Below, in pieces: positions 19,367 through 32,650 of a stretch of DNA of 52,577 nucleotides. A model generated the notes under the pieces. The model worked only from the letters and a program-made list of their open reading frames with translations, made no database searches and had not been told where the DNA came from. How positions within the stretch are numbered: position 1 is the first letter of the stretch; each line of letters begins with the position of its first letter. The translations under genes and the position numbers were made by a program. Source of the stretch: a candidate division WOR-3 bacterium. Its GTDB lineage: Bacteria > Hydrothermota > Tepidihabitantia > Tepidihabitantales > Tepidihabitantaceae. The stretch covers positions 1 to 52,577 of the forward strand of contig CBFGIY010000006.1 of assembly GCA_965648935.1 (NCBI GenBank). Reading direction: 5' to 3'.

Positions 19367-20182
19367 CTAGCGTACCAGTTCGACCTTGACCGTCGCCCCG
19401 GGCGCCTCGGCAAGGCGGATGAAGTAGCTTGAGGCCGGGACCAGCCGGCCGCGGCTGTCGCGGCCGTCCCAGACCGCGCGCAACGCATCGCCGTCAGGCT
19501 CGGGCGCGAGCGTGCGCACGAGCCGACCCGAAGAAGAATACACGCTCACCGCCCGGCCGGGTTCGCCGCGGTACCTGATGACGGTGCGGTTGCGGCCCGG
19601 AGTGGCGAGCCGCCAGTACAGGCGGGCAGTCGCGGCGGGCCGCTCGCTCACGCCGGTGCCTTCGTTGACGAGGAGGCTGTCGCGGCAGACCGCGTCGCCC
19701 GAGGGCGAGTTGTTGCCGTTGCAGGCGTTGCCGCACCAGTAGAATACGACCGGACCGGACCCGGCCGGCGGCGCCTGCCATTGGAAAGTCCAGCTCACGC
19801 CCCAGGGCGTGCCGTTGAAGGTGCCGGCCGAGGTCTGTTTGAGGTAGCCAGTGCCGGCAGTGCTGTACTGGGTGTTCGTCGGGTCGGTGACCGTCACCTG
19901 CCCGGCCGAACCGCCGCTCAGCGCCATCGCGGTCAGCTCGAATCCCCAACGGCGCTGGCTCACCCACTGCAGGGACAGGGTCATCGTGTAGGTGGCGCCG
20001 GGCGTGTAGACGTTGCCGGGGATACCGGTCAGGCTTGTTGAATCGGGCGAGCCGGTGATGCCGGAATGGCAGTCGGCGCATGTGCCCTCGCCCGGGGCGC
20101 CGGTCTTGGCATTGGGCGGGTTGGCCGAATTGGCAAGGCACAGGGCCGCCGCGGCCAGAAGCAGCAGAATGCCGCGTCGCAT
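19367..20182 (-). CDS. Secreted reeler-like (choice-of-anchor V-like) CxxCH protein with FlgD-Ig/T9SS-like C-terminal domain
   Basis: Signal peptide, TGAPGEGTCADCH, GFELTA, WTFQWQAP, tail VYSSSGRLVRTL...WDGRD..GR.V.A..YFIRL. Confidence 0.75.
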   Translation of the reverse strand: MRRGILLLLAAAALCLANSANPPNAKTGAPGEGTCADCHSGITGSPDSTSLTGIPGNVYTPGATYTMTLSLQWVSQRRWGFELTAMALSGGSAGQVTVTDPTNTQYSTAGTGYLKQTSAGTFNGTPWGVSWTFQWQAPPAGSGPVVFYWCGNACNGNNSPSGDAVCRDSLLVNEGTGVSERPAATARLYWRLATPGRNRTVIRYRGEPGRAVSVYSSSGRLVRTLAPEPDGDALRAVWDGRDSRGRLVPASSYFIRLAEAPGATVKVELVR

Positions 20183-20190
20183 TGGCTGGC

Positions 20191-20601
20191 CTATTGCGGT
20201 CTGGCGCCTTCGGCAATCCAGCGCCGGACAAGCTCGATCTGGGCGTCGGCCAGCTTGCCTGAGGGCGGCATCTTGCCGTCGCGTATGAGGGTCCAGGCGA
20301 GGCTCGCTTCGGGGTCGCCGGCCACGATGTTGGGCTTGTCGTCCTTGCCCTTGCCGAGCAGGCCGGCGTGGCTGGTAACGCTGTAGCTGCCCTTCGCGTT
20401 GTTGTCGCCGTGGCACTGGGCGCAGTTGCTGGTGAAGACGGGCTGGACGTCGGCGAAGGCGACAGTGGCGGTTTCCGCCGACGCTTCGGTCGCGGCCGGG
20501 GCCTCGATCGCGGCCTGGGGCGGCGGGGTCTCTTTTTCCGACTTGGGGCTGCCGCAGGCGAGCAGCAGCAGGGCACACAGCAGCACAGACAGGTAGCGCA
20601 T
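20191..20601 (-). CDS. Monoheme c-type cytochrome lipoprotein (Planctomycete cytochrome c-like)
   Basis: Lipobox LLAC, F.DVQPVF..NCAQCH, G.P..S, MPP, WI.EGA. Confidence 0.8.
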   Translation of the reverse strand: MRYLSVLLCALLLLACGSPKSEKETPPPQAAIEAPAATEASAETATVAFADVQPVFTSNCAQCHGDNNAKGSYSVTSHAGLLGKGKDDKPNIVAGDPEASLAWTLIRDGKMPPSGKLADAQIELVRRWIAEGARPQ

Positions 20602-20620
20602 CGGTGATGTTCCTTTCAGT

Positions 20621-20974
20621 TCAGTTGTCTTTCGCGCCCTGGTTTATCCAGTTGCGCACGTTGGCGATGGGGACAGTGTCGAGCCGGCCAGCGGGCGGCA
20701 TCGAGCCGTCATCCAGCCGCTGCCAGAGCAGGCTGGACGAGGCGTTGCCCGGGATGACATTGGCGACCGAATCCGAGCCGGGGCCGAGCGCGCCGGCGCG
20801 GCTTGTGAGGTCGTAGCTGCCGCTGGGACCGGTGCCTGAATGGCAGGAAACGCAGTTGGCGTTGAAGGCGGGCTTGATGTCGGCGGCGAACGACGGGTCG
20901 GCCTTGACTTCACCCGGAGTAGAGTCACAGGCGGCGATAACCAGAACGGCACACAAGAACACGGCCAGTCGCAC
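20621..20974 (-). CDS. Monoheme c-type cytochrome lipoprotein (Planctomycete cytochrome c-like)
   Basis: Lipobox IAAC, SF..DI.P.F..NCVSCH, PGN...S.L, MPP, WI.QGA.DN. Confidence 0.8.
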   Translation of the reverse strand: MRLAVFLCAVLVIAACDSTPGEVKADPSFAADIKPAFNANCVSCHSGTGPSGSYDLTSRAGALGPGSDSVANVIPGNASSSLLWQRLDDGSMPPAGRLDTVPIANVRNWINQGAKDN

Positions 20975-21426
20975 GTGTCGCTCCTTTCGTTAGGCAAGAT
21001 TATTGGCCGGGCTGCGGCCCTGTCAAGCTGTGAGGCCGCGGCAACAGGCAGTCCGACCGGCACGGCGGCCACGCGCCGCCGCCGGTTCGGTCGGCGCATC
21101 GGGCAGACCGCCGTCACCGCAGCCGGGCCGCGCGTGATGCGCTGGACTGCTTCGGGACGAGGGCAATGCGCGGCCGACCGGGCCGGGCAGAGCTGGCAGG
21201 TCAGTCAGTCCAGAAGACCCGGGGCAGGTTGCCATCCCGGTCTCTGGAAAGCCGCGTCCGACAGGGCAGTCCGGGCCGCCGGGGAGACCGTGGGGGGGAC
21301 GGCCCGGCCAAATCCGGTGGGTTGCGCTCAAGTCTCGGCGCTGCTGGACTTGGCCGCCTTTCTGCCAGTCGTCGATGCACAACAGATCTGTTGTGGACAA
21401 GGGCCAACTCCGTCCAGCTGCGGCAG

Positions 21427-21456
21427 TTGACCATCTGCTGCGGGGCGGAGTAGAAT
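21427..21456 (+). promoter_or_regulatory. sigma70 promoter
   Basis: TTGACC-18nt-TAGAAT, 6 nt before TTG 21463. Confidence 0.5.
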
Positions 21457-21462
21457 ACCCTG

Positions 21463-23622
21463 TTGATACTGCGCAGGCTTCCCTTTCTCCTCGTTGTCCT
21501 CGCCGCGCTGGCCGGCGGCGCAAATCTCATCCACAACGGCCGGTTCGAGTCCGGGCTTGAGGGCTGGCGGGTAACGCTTGATTCCGCAGAGGGCTCGTGG
21601 GCCGTGCTGACCGGGCCTGAGTTCGCGCCGGACATCGACAACGAAGTGCTGGTCGAGAAGCTGCTGCGCTACAGCGCAAGTCTGAGCCAGTCCGCGGCGA
21701 TCGGCGGGCTGGACACGCGCTTCGCATTCGAAGCACGGCTGCAGGCGCAGGCAGCGGCCGACACCGGCGGCTACAACGCCCACGCCGCGGTGACACTGGA
21801 GTACCAGGACTCGGCCGGGACCGCGCTCGGCAGGACAATGGTGCTGCGGCGAACCGCGCAGTCGCCGCTCGTCAACACGCCGACGCGCCACCTGATCGTC
21901 GTGCCCGACGATGCCTGGCGCTCGTCCGAGTTCGTGCTCCGCGACGAGCTGGTCAATCTCCCCGGGGTCAATCCGAGCCGGGTCGCGCGGGTCGCGGTGC
22001 GGCTGGAAGCCTACGGCAACGGCACCGGCGGCTGAAGCGGCTGCGCAACTGCGGCGAGGGTCCTCGCCGACGATATCACGCTGTACGACTGCGCCGGCGG
22101 ATTGCCCGTGCCGGCGGGCTTGCTGGTCGTTGATTCACCGCCCGGGGGCAATGGCAACGGCCGGGTTGACCCGCTGGAGACCGCGGGTCTCTGCCTCGGC
22201 CTGCGCAACGCCGGGCAGGCAAGCGCGGTCGGAGTGACCGGCCGGCTGCGCTCTGGCCATCCCCTGCTGTCGGTCATCGACTCGGTCGGCTGGTTCGGCA
22301 CGATTGAGCCGGGCGAAACTGCGGTCGCGGGTGGTTTCAAGGTTGCCGCATCGAGCCGGCTGATTCCGGGAACAACCGTGGTCTGCACGCTGGAACTGGG
22401 CGCTGCCGAACCCCTGCCCGAGAGCACCTGGCTATTCGAGCTGACAATCGGCGGTACGTCTGCGGCCAACGTTGCGACGCTGGATACTGGAATGGTTCTG
22501 CTGTCGGTGTCGTCCAACGGCGGCATCGGCCGGGAGGAGCCGGGCGGGCGGGGCCAGGGTTTTCGCGTGCCCAAGGATTTTCCCAGCTCGCTGCGGTTTG
22601 CCAGCTTCGCGGCGGGCAACTCGGCCGGCTGGCTGGTCGACCACTTCTACGGCCAGCCGGGCGGCGCGTTCACCAACCGCGACTGGATCACCATCGATAC
22701 GCTCGAGCACGCCGCGCCGTGGCCGGCCGACGAGCGCGCCCGCGGCCGGATGAGCGACGCGGGCCACCCGAACCCGCGCGGAGTCGTGGTCGAGCAGAAC
22801 TGGTACCAGAACGTCGACCGCGGGTACAAGGACCTGTGGGCGCTGGGCGTCTTTGACATCGCCAACCACGGCGACAGCGCGCTTCACGGTGTGTACGTCG
22901 GGGTTCTGGCCGATTTCGCGGTGTTTCCTTATGCCGATTCCAACCGGGTCTTTTTTGACACGCTGCGGCGCGCGGTGCGGGTGCAGTACCTTAATTCGCC
23001 TGCGCCGACCGCAGGGATTGTCCTGCTTGACCCGACCCGTTGTGCGGCGCTGGCCGCCGTGGACAACGCCGAGTGGGTCCGGCCCGATTCCTGCCTGACC
23101 GAGGCGCAGAAGTTCCGGCTGCTTTCGGGCGCGGCGGGCGCGCAGGACTCGCTTCGCGCCGCGGACTGGACCGCTGTGCTCTCGGCCGGGCCGCTCGAGC
23201 TCGCGCCGGGCGCGTCAGCGCGCGTGGCTCTCGCCGTGGTCGGGTCGATAAACACCGAGGGGTGGTTGACTGCGTGCGATACGGCGCAGGCCTGGTATGA
23301 CCGATACTTCGGCGGGACCGGGCTGAATGCGGAGCCTGCGAGCGGCGGTACCGCGCGGCTGTCGGTACGGCCGAGCGTGGCCCGCGACCGCATCGAGCTG
23401 CATTTCGCCGGCACCGCGCCGGGCAGGGGCGCCGCCGTGGTCATCTGCGATGCTGCGGGGCGCGTTGTTCGCAGGCTCATGCTCGGCCGTGAGGCTGTTG
23501 CCGCTGGTTCGGTAACCTGGGACCGGCTTGACACCTCTGGCCGTCGTGCGGGCGCGGGCGCTTACTTCGTCCGGCTCGAAGCCGGCGCGGACTGCCGCAC
23601 TGCCAAGCTGATCCTGCGCTAG
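21463..23622 (+). CDS. Secreted CBM-like/Ig multidomain protein with FlgD-Ig/T9SS-like tail; in-frame TGA at 22033-22035, candidate selenocysteine (UxxC)
   Basis: Track ORFs 21463-22035 and 22102-23622 are in the same frame with only the TGA between them: ...AYGNGTGG*SGCATAARVLADDITLYDC...; signal peptide and NLIHNGRFESGLEGW at the start, WDR.D.SGR.AGAGAYFVRL...KLIL at the end. Confidence 0.7.
22052..22069 (+). promoter_or_regulatory. Putative bacterial SECIS hairpin
   Basis: Perfect 7-bp stem CGGCGAG/CTCGCCG with GGTC loop, 23 nt 3' of the in-frame TGA. Confidence 0.6.
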
Positions 23623-23636
23623 GGCCGGCTGTTTTC

Positions 23637-23665
23637 TTGACGCGGGGCGGTTTGGCGCTTATAGT
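23637..23665 (+). promoter_or_regulatory. sigma70 promoter of tRNA operon
   Basis: TTGACG-17nt-TATAGT. Confidence 0.65.
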
Positions 23666-23701
23666 TCAGCCTGCGCGACGGCTGCTGTGGCCGCACGGTT
23701 T

Positions 23702-23774
23702 GCCGACATAGCTCAGTTGGTAGAGCAGTGGTTTTGTAAACCACAGGTCGTGGGTTCGAATCCCTCTGTCGGCT
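23702..23774 (+). tRNA. tRNA-Thr(TGT)
   Basis: Cloverleaf GCCGACA...TGTCGGC, anticodon loop TTTGTAA, GGTTCGAATCC T-arm. Confidence 0.95.
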
Positions 23775-23792
23775 GCGAGCAGATGTTTCTTC

Positions 23793-23876
23793 GGACGGGT
23801 ACCCGAGTGGCCAAAGGGGGCAGACTGTAAATCTGCTGGCTTAACGCCTACGGAGGTTCAAATCCTTCCCCGTCCA
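23793..23876 (+). tRNA. tRNA-Tyr(GTA)
   Basis: GGACGGG...CCCGTCC, anticodon loop CTGTAAA, long variable arm. Confidence 0.95.
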
Positions 23877-23909
23877 TAGGCTTTCTTGCGCCGGCCCGGT
23901 AAAGAAAAT

Positions 23910-23980
23910 GCGGGCGTGGTGTAGTGGCAGCACAACAGCCTTCCAAGCTGTTTGCGTGGGTTCGACTCCCATCGCCCGCT
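23910..23980 (+). tRNA. tRNA-Gly(TCC)
   Basis: GCGGGCG...CGCCCGC, anticodon loop CTTCCAA. Confidence 0.95.
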
Positions 23981-24147
23981 GTCCGTTGTCGCCGGGTTGC
24001 TGGCGCGACGCGGGGCAGGTTTGCCCGGCGGTCTTGTAAGTGCTTGTCCGACAATGTGTTGTCGCCGAGGTTGTGCCGACTGCCGGCGGCAAGGTGTGCG
24101 AACCCTGTGGCTGAGGAGCCGAGAGGGGTTTCGCACTCATTTAGTCA

Positions 24148-24175
24148 TTGACAGGGCGCGGGTTAGTCCTATAAT
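24148..24175 (+). promoter_or_regulatory. Consensus sigma70 promoter for tRNA-Thr/tuf
   Basis: TTGACA-16nt-TATAAT. Confidence 0.8.
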
Positions 24176-24189
24176 CCCCTGCTAATCGT

Positions 24190-24262
24190 GCCCATGTAGC
24201 TCAGTCGGCAGAGCACTTCCTTGGTAAGGAAGAGGTCGCCGGTTCAATTCCGGCCGTGGGCT
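24190..24262 (+). tRNA. tRNA-Thr(GGT)
   Basis: GCCCATG...CGTGGGC, anticodon loop TTGGTAA. Confidence 0.95.
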
Positions 24263-24324
24263 GTATTGCGCCGAGACCGCCAGGCAACTTGTTTTGAAAA
24301 CTGTTTCTAAGGAGGAACGGAAAG

Positions 24325-25524
<1,200 letters not shown>

Positions 25525-25530
25525 GCGGCG

Positions 25531-25677
25531 ATGCGCGTGCTGGTGACCCTGGCGTGCGGCGAGTGCAAGAACCGCAATTACCACACGTCGAAGAACAAGA
25601 AGAAGACCGAACGGCTGGAATTCAAGCGTTATTGCCGGACTTGTCGAAAACACACTTCGCACAAGGAGGTAAAGTAG
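25531..25677 (+). CDS. rpmG: 50S ribosomal protein L33 (Zn-ribbon C+ form)
   Basis: Own translation [48 protein letters not shown]; below ORF-track cutoff. Confidence 0.95.
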   Translation: MRVLVTLACGECKNRNYHTSKNKKKTERLEFKRYCRTCRKHTSHKEVK

Positions 25678-25748
25678 GCCAGTAGCTCTAACGGCAGAGC
25701 GGCGGACTCCAAATCCGTAGGTTGGGGGTTCAAATCCCTCCTGGCCTG
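25676..25748 (+). tRNA. tRNA-Trp(CCA)
   Basis: AGGCCAG...CTGGCCT acceptor stem, anticodon loop CTCCAAA; canonical position before secE. Confidence 0.93.
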
Positions 25749-25759
25749 TAAAAAGCACC

Positions 25760-25954
25760 GTGAAGAACTTGCTTAACAGACTGAAGAACTACCTCGCCGA
25801 CGTCGTGGCGGAGATGAAGAAGGTCTCCTGGGTCAAGCGCAAGGAGCTCTTGACGACGACGGCGGTCGTCATTGTGTTTTCGACAATCCTGGCCGTGTTC
25901 ATCGGCCTCGTCGACCTCATCTTCGCGTCGCTGCTGCAGCTGGTCCTGAGGTAG
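25760..25954 (+). CDS. secE: Preprotein translocase SecE
   Basis: EMKKVSW motif plus single TM, upstream of nusG. Confidence 0.93.
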   Translation: MKNLLNRLKNYLADVVAEMKKVSWVKRKELLTTTAVVIVFSTILAVFIGLVDLIFASLLQLVLR

Positions 25955-25969
25955 CCCCGCAAGACGGGC

Positions 25970-26494
25970 ATGAAGTTCTTCGTGGTCCACACCTACACCG
26001 GCCGTGAACGGCGGGTGAAGGAGCTGCTGGAGAAGGCGGTCGAGCGCCAGGGGCTTGCCGACAAGTTCGGCCGCATCATCCTGCCGGCCGAGCGGGTCGC
26101 CCGCGTGCGCAAGGCGAAGATCGTCGCCGAGGAGCGCCAGCTCTATCCCGGCTACATCGTGGTCGAAATGGAGCAGGAGGAGCAGCCGATGGCGCTGGTC
26201 AACTCGATTCCGGGCGTGACCCACATGCTCGGCACCAAGGACCAGCCGATGCCGCTATCGGAGGCCGAGGTGAACTCGATGCTCGAGCAGATCGAGCGCG
26301 GCCACGACAAGGCCGAGCCCGAAGCGCCGTTTGAGAAGGGTGAGAATGTCAAGGTGACCAAGGGACCGTTCGCCGGGTTCACGGGCCAGGTGGAGGAGAT
26401 CAACACCGAGCGCCGCCGGGTGAAGGTCACGGTCACCATTTTCGGTCGGCCGACGCCGATAGATCTGGATTTCCTCGACGTCCAGCCGATATAG
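25970..26494 (+). CDS. nusG: Transcription factor NusG
   Basis: VVHTY.G.E, YPGYI.VEM, KOW GPFAGF.G.VEEI. Confidence 0.97.
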   Translation: MKFFVVHTYTGRERRVKELLEKAVERQGLADKFGRIILPAERVARVRKAKIVAEERQLYPGYIVVEMEQEEQPMALVNSIPGVTHMLGTKDQPMPLSEAEVNSMLEQIERGHDKAEPEAPFEKGENVKVTKGPFAGFTGQVEEINTERRRVKVTVTIFGRPTPIDLDFLDVQPI

Positions 26495-26509
26495 TCTAGG
26501 AGGAGCGAG

Positions 26510-26938
26510 ATGGTCAAGAAGGTTGCGGCGGTCGTGAAACTGCAGTGCCCGGCCGGCCAGGCAACCGCAGCGCCGCCCGTGGGACCGGCCCTCGGGCAGC
26601 ACGGCGTCAACATTGCGGAGTTCATCCGCGCCTTCAACGAGGCGACCCGCAAGGAGACGCCGGGCATGCTGATCCCGGTTGTCCTGACCGTGTACGCGGA
26701 CCGCAAGTTCACGTTCGTCACCAAAAGTCCACCCGCGTCCGTACTCCTGAAGCAGGCCGCCGGTCTCGCCAAGGGTTCTTCCGAACCCAACCGGGCGAAG
26801 GTCGGCGTGGTCAGCCGCAAGGCCGTGCGGGAAATCGCGGAGCGCAAGATGAAGGACCTCAACGCGGCCGATGTCGAGGCCGCGATGAAGGTCGTCGAGG
26901 GCACGGCCCACTCGATGGGCCTGCGTGTGGAGGACTGA
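26510..26938 (+). CDS. rplK: 50S ribosomal protein L11
   Basis: [18 protein letters not shown]. Confidence 0.98.
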   Translation: MVKKVAAVVKLQCPAGQATAAPPVGPALGQHGVNIAEFIRAFNEATRKETPGMLIPVVLTVYADRKFTFVTKSPPASVLLKQAAGLAKGSSEPNRAKVGVVSRKAVREIAERKMKDLNAADVEAAMKVVEGTAHSMGLRVED

Positions 26939-27648
26939 TGAAGCACTCCAAGCGTTTCCGCGCCCTCACCCAGGGTTTCGAGCCGCTGACCCTGCACCCG
27001 CTGGACAAGGCGCTGGCGCTGGTGAAGTCCAGCGCCACGGCGAAGTTTGACGAATCGGTCGACATCAGCATCAAGCTCGGCATCGATGCGAAGAAGACCG
27101 ACCAGCTCGTGTCGGGCACCGTGTCGCTGCCCAACGGCACCGGCAAGAAGGTGCGCGTGCTGGTGTTCGCCAAGGGCGAGAAGCAGGACGAGGCGCGCGC
27201 CGCCGGGGCCGACCACGTCGGGTTCGAGGACCTGGTCGAGAAGATAACCGGCGGCTGGGCCGACTTCGACGTCGCGGTGGCGACGCCGGACACGATGGCC
27301 GCGGTCGGCCGGCTGGGCAAGGTGCTTGGCCCGAAGGGGCTGATGCCCTCGCCCAAGACCCAGACCGTGACTTTCGACGTCGGCGCGACGGTCAAGAGCC
27401 TCAAGGCGGGCCGGATAAAGTTCCGCACCGACAAGACCGGCAACGTCCACGCGCTGGTCGGCAAGGTTTCGTTCGAGCCGGCGCAGCTGGCCGAGAACAT
27501 CCGGACGTTCATGCGCGAGCTCATCCGCACGAAGCCCTCGACCGCGAAGGGGCAGTTCATCCGCGGCGTCGTGGTCTCGTCGACGATGGGGCCGGGCGTG
27601 CGGGTAGACCCGCGCGAGTTCCTCGAAACCGCCAAGAAAGAGGCGTGA
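26938..27648 (+). CDS. rplA: 50S ribosomal protein L1
   Basis: KFDESVD, LPNGTGK, LGPKGLMP.PK, STMGPG; ATG overlaps rplK TGA. Confidence 0.98.
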   Translation: MKHSKRFRALTQGFEPLTLHPLDKALALVKSSATAKFDESVDISIKLGIDAKKTDQLVSGTVSLPNGTGKKVRVLVFAKGEKQDEARAAGADHVGFEDLVEKITGGWADFDVAVATPDTMAAVGRLGKVLGPKGLMPSPKTQTVTFDVGATVKSLKAGRIKFRTDKTGNVHALVGKVSFEPAQLAENIRTFMRELIRTKPSTAKGQFIRGVVVSSTMGPGVRVDPREFLETAKKEA

Positions 27649-27649
27649 T

Positions 27650-28186
27650 ATGCCAACCCAACAGAAGATTGCCAGCGTCGCGGAGATAAAGGGCCAGGCC
27701 GAGCGGTCCTCGGCGCTGTATTTCATCGACTTCACGAAGGTCGGGGCCAACGACATCAACGCCGTGCGGCGCCGGCTCGACGAGCTCGAGGTCGCGATGA
27801 AGGTCGTCAAGAACCGGCTGGCCGAGCGCGCGCTCACCGAGAGCGGCGTGCCGGCCGCGGTCAAGGACATCCTTGTCGGTCCGACCTCGGTGGTGTTCGC
27901 CGGCGAAGACCCGGTCGCCCCGGCGCGGCTGCTGAAGGAAATCCAGCGCAAGCTGACCGCCCTGCGGGTGAAGGGCGCATTCCTCGACGGGACGCTCTAT
28001 CCCGCCGAGCAGTTTGACTTCCTCGCCGCGCTGCCGACCAAGTCCGACCTGCGCGGCCAGGTCGTGGGCGTGCTCGAGGGCCCGATCACCGGGCTGGTCT
28101 TCGGTCTCGAGGGGCTGCTGTCCGACCTCGTCTGGGTGCTGGACGCAGTCAAGGACCGGCTGCCGGCAGAGCCGGCGGCGGGGTGA
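27650..28186 (+). CDS. rplJ: 50S ribosomal protein L10
   Basis: VVKN.L...AL, L.GPT, LA.LP motifs and synteny. Confidence 0.95.
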   Translation: MPTQQKIASVAEIKGQAERSSALYFIDFTKVGANDINAVRRRLDELEVAMKVVKNRLAERALTESGVPAAVKDILVGPTSVVFAGEDPVAPARLLKEIQRKLTALRVKGAFLDGTLYPAEQFDFLAALPTKSDLRGQVVGVLEGPITGLVFGLEGLLSDLVWVLDAVKDRLPAEPAAG

Positions 28187-28288
28187 AGTCACAACAATTG
28201 CTGCTTCTTGAACGCACGAGTCGAGCCGCCCTGACGGCGGCGCAACCGGGTTCGGCGCCAACGCCGGCCTGACCGTACAGGAGGAAAG

Positions 28289-28678
28289 ATGTCGGAGAAG
28301 ATAGAGCAGATTATCGCGACGATCGAGGGCCTGACCGTGACCGAGCTGGCCGAGCTGGTCAAGGAACTGAAAGACAAGTTCGGCGTGAGCGCGCCGGCGT
28401 TCGTGGCCGCCGGGGCGATGCCCGCGGCGGGCGGCGCTGCGGCACCGGCCGAGGCGAAGGAAGAGAAGACCGAGTTCACCGTCACGCTGACCTCGGTCGG
28501 TGACAAGAAGATCCAGGTGCTCAAAGAGCTGCGCGCGGTCACCCAGCTCGGGCTGAAGGAAGCCAAGGACATCATCGACAAGACGCCGAGCGTCATCAAG
28601 GAGAACGCGTCCAAGGAAGAGGCCGACAAGATCAAGGCGAAGCTGGAAGAAGTCGGCGCCAAGGTCGAGATCAAGTAG
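28289..28678 (+). CDS. rplL: 50S ribosomal protein L7/L12
   Basis: EEKTEF.V.L, LGLKEAK, KLEEVGA.VEIK. Confidence 0.98.
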   Translation: MSEKIEQIIATIEGLTVTELAELVKELKDKFGVSAPAFVAAGAMPAAGGAAAPAEAKEEKTEFTVTLTSVGDKKIQVLKELRAVTQLGLKEAKDIIDKTPSVIKENASKEEADKIKAKLEEVGAKVEIK

Positions 28679-28690
28679 GCGCAACCCGGG

Positions 28691-32646
<3,956 letters not shown>

Positions 32647-32650
<4 letters not shown>

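Noticed and set aside
19367..20578. 403-aa ORF suggesting a fusion with the upstream cytochrome
   Set aside because: The extension is an off-frame reading of the cytochrome gene; the real start with signal peptide is ATG 20182
21378..21395. NrdR box
   Set aside because: CAC-GTG spacing is 12 nt rather than the 8 nt of NrdR boxes, and no nrd gene is nearby
22033..22035. Genome-wide TGA recoding (Trp or Gly) as explanation of the in-frame stop
   Set aside because: TGA ends rplK, rplA, rplJ and rpoB normally, and tRNA-Trp has a CCA anticodon
23981..24147. Integrative element remnant after tRNA-Gly
   Set aside because: No integrase or duplicated tRNA 3' end; only a weak imperfect palindrome and the next promoter
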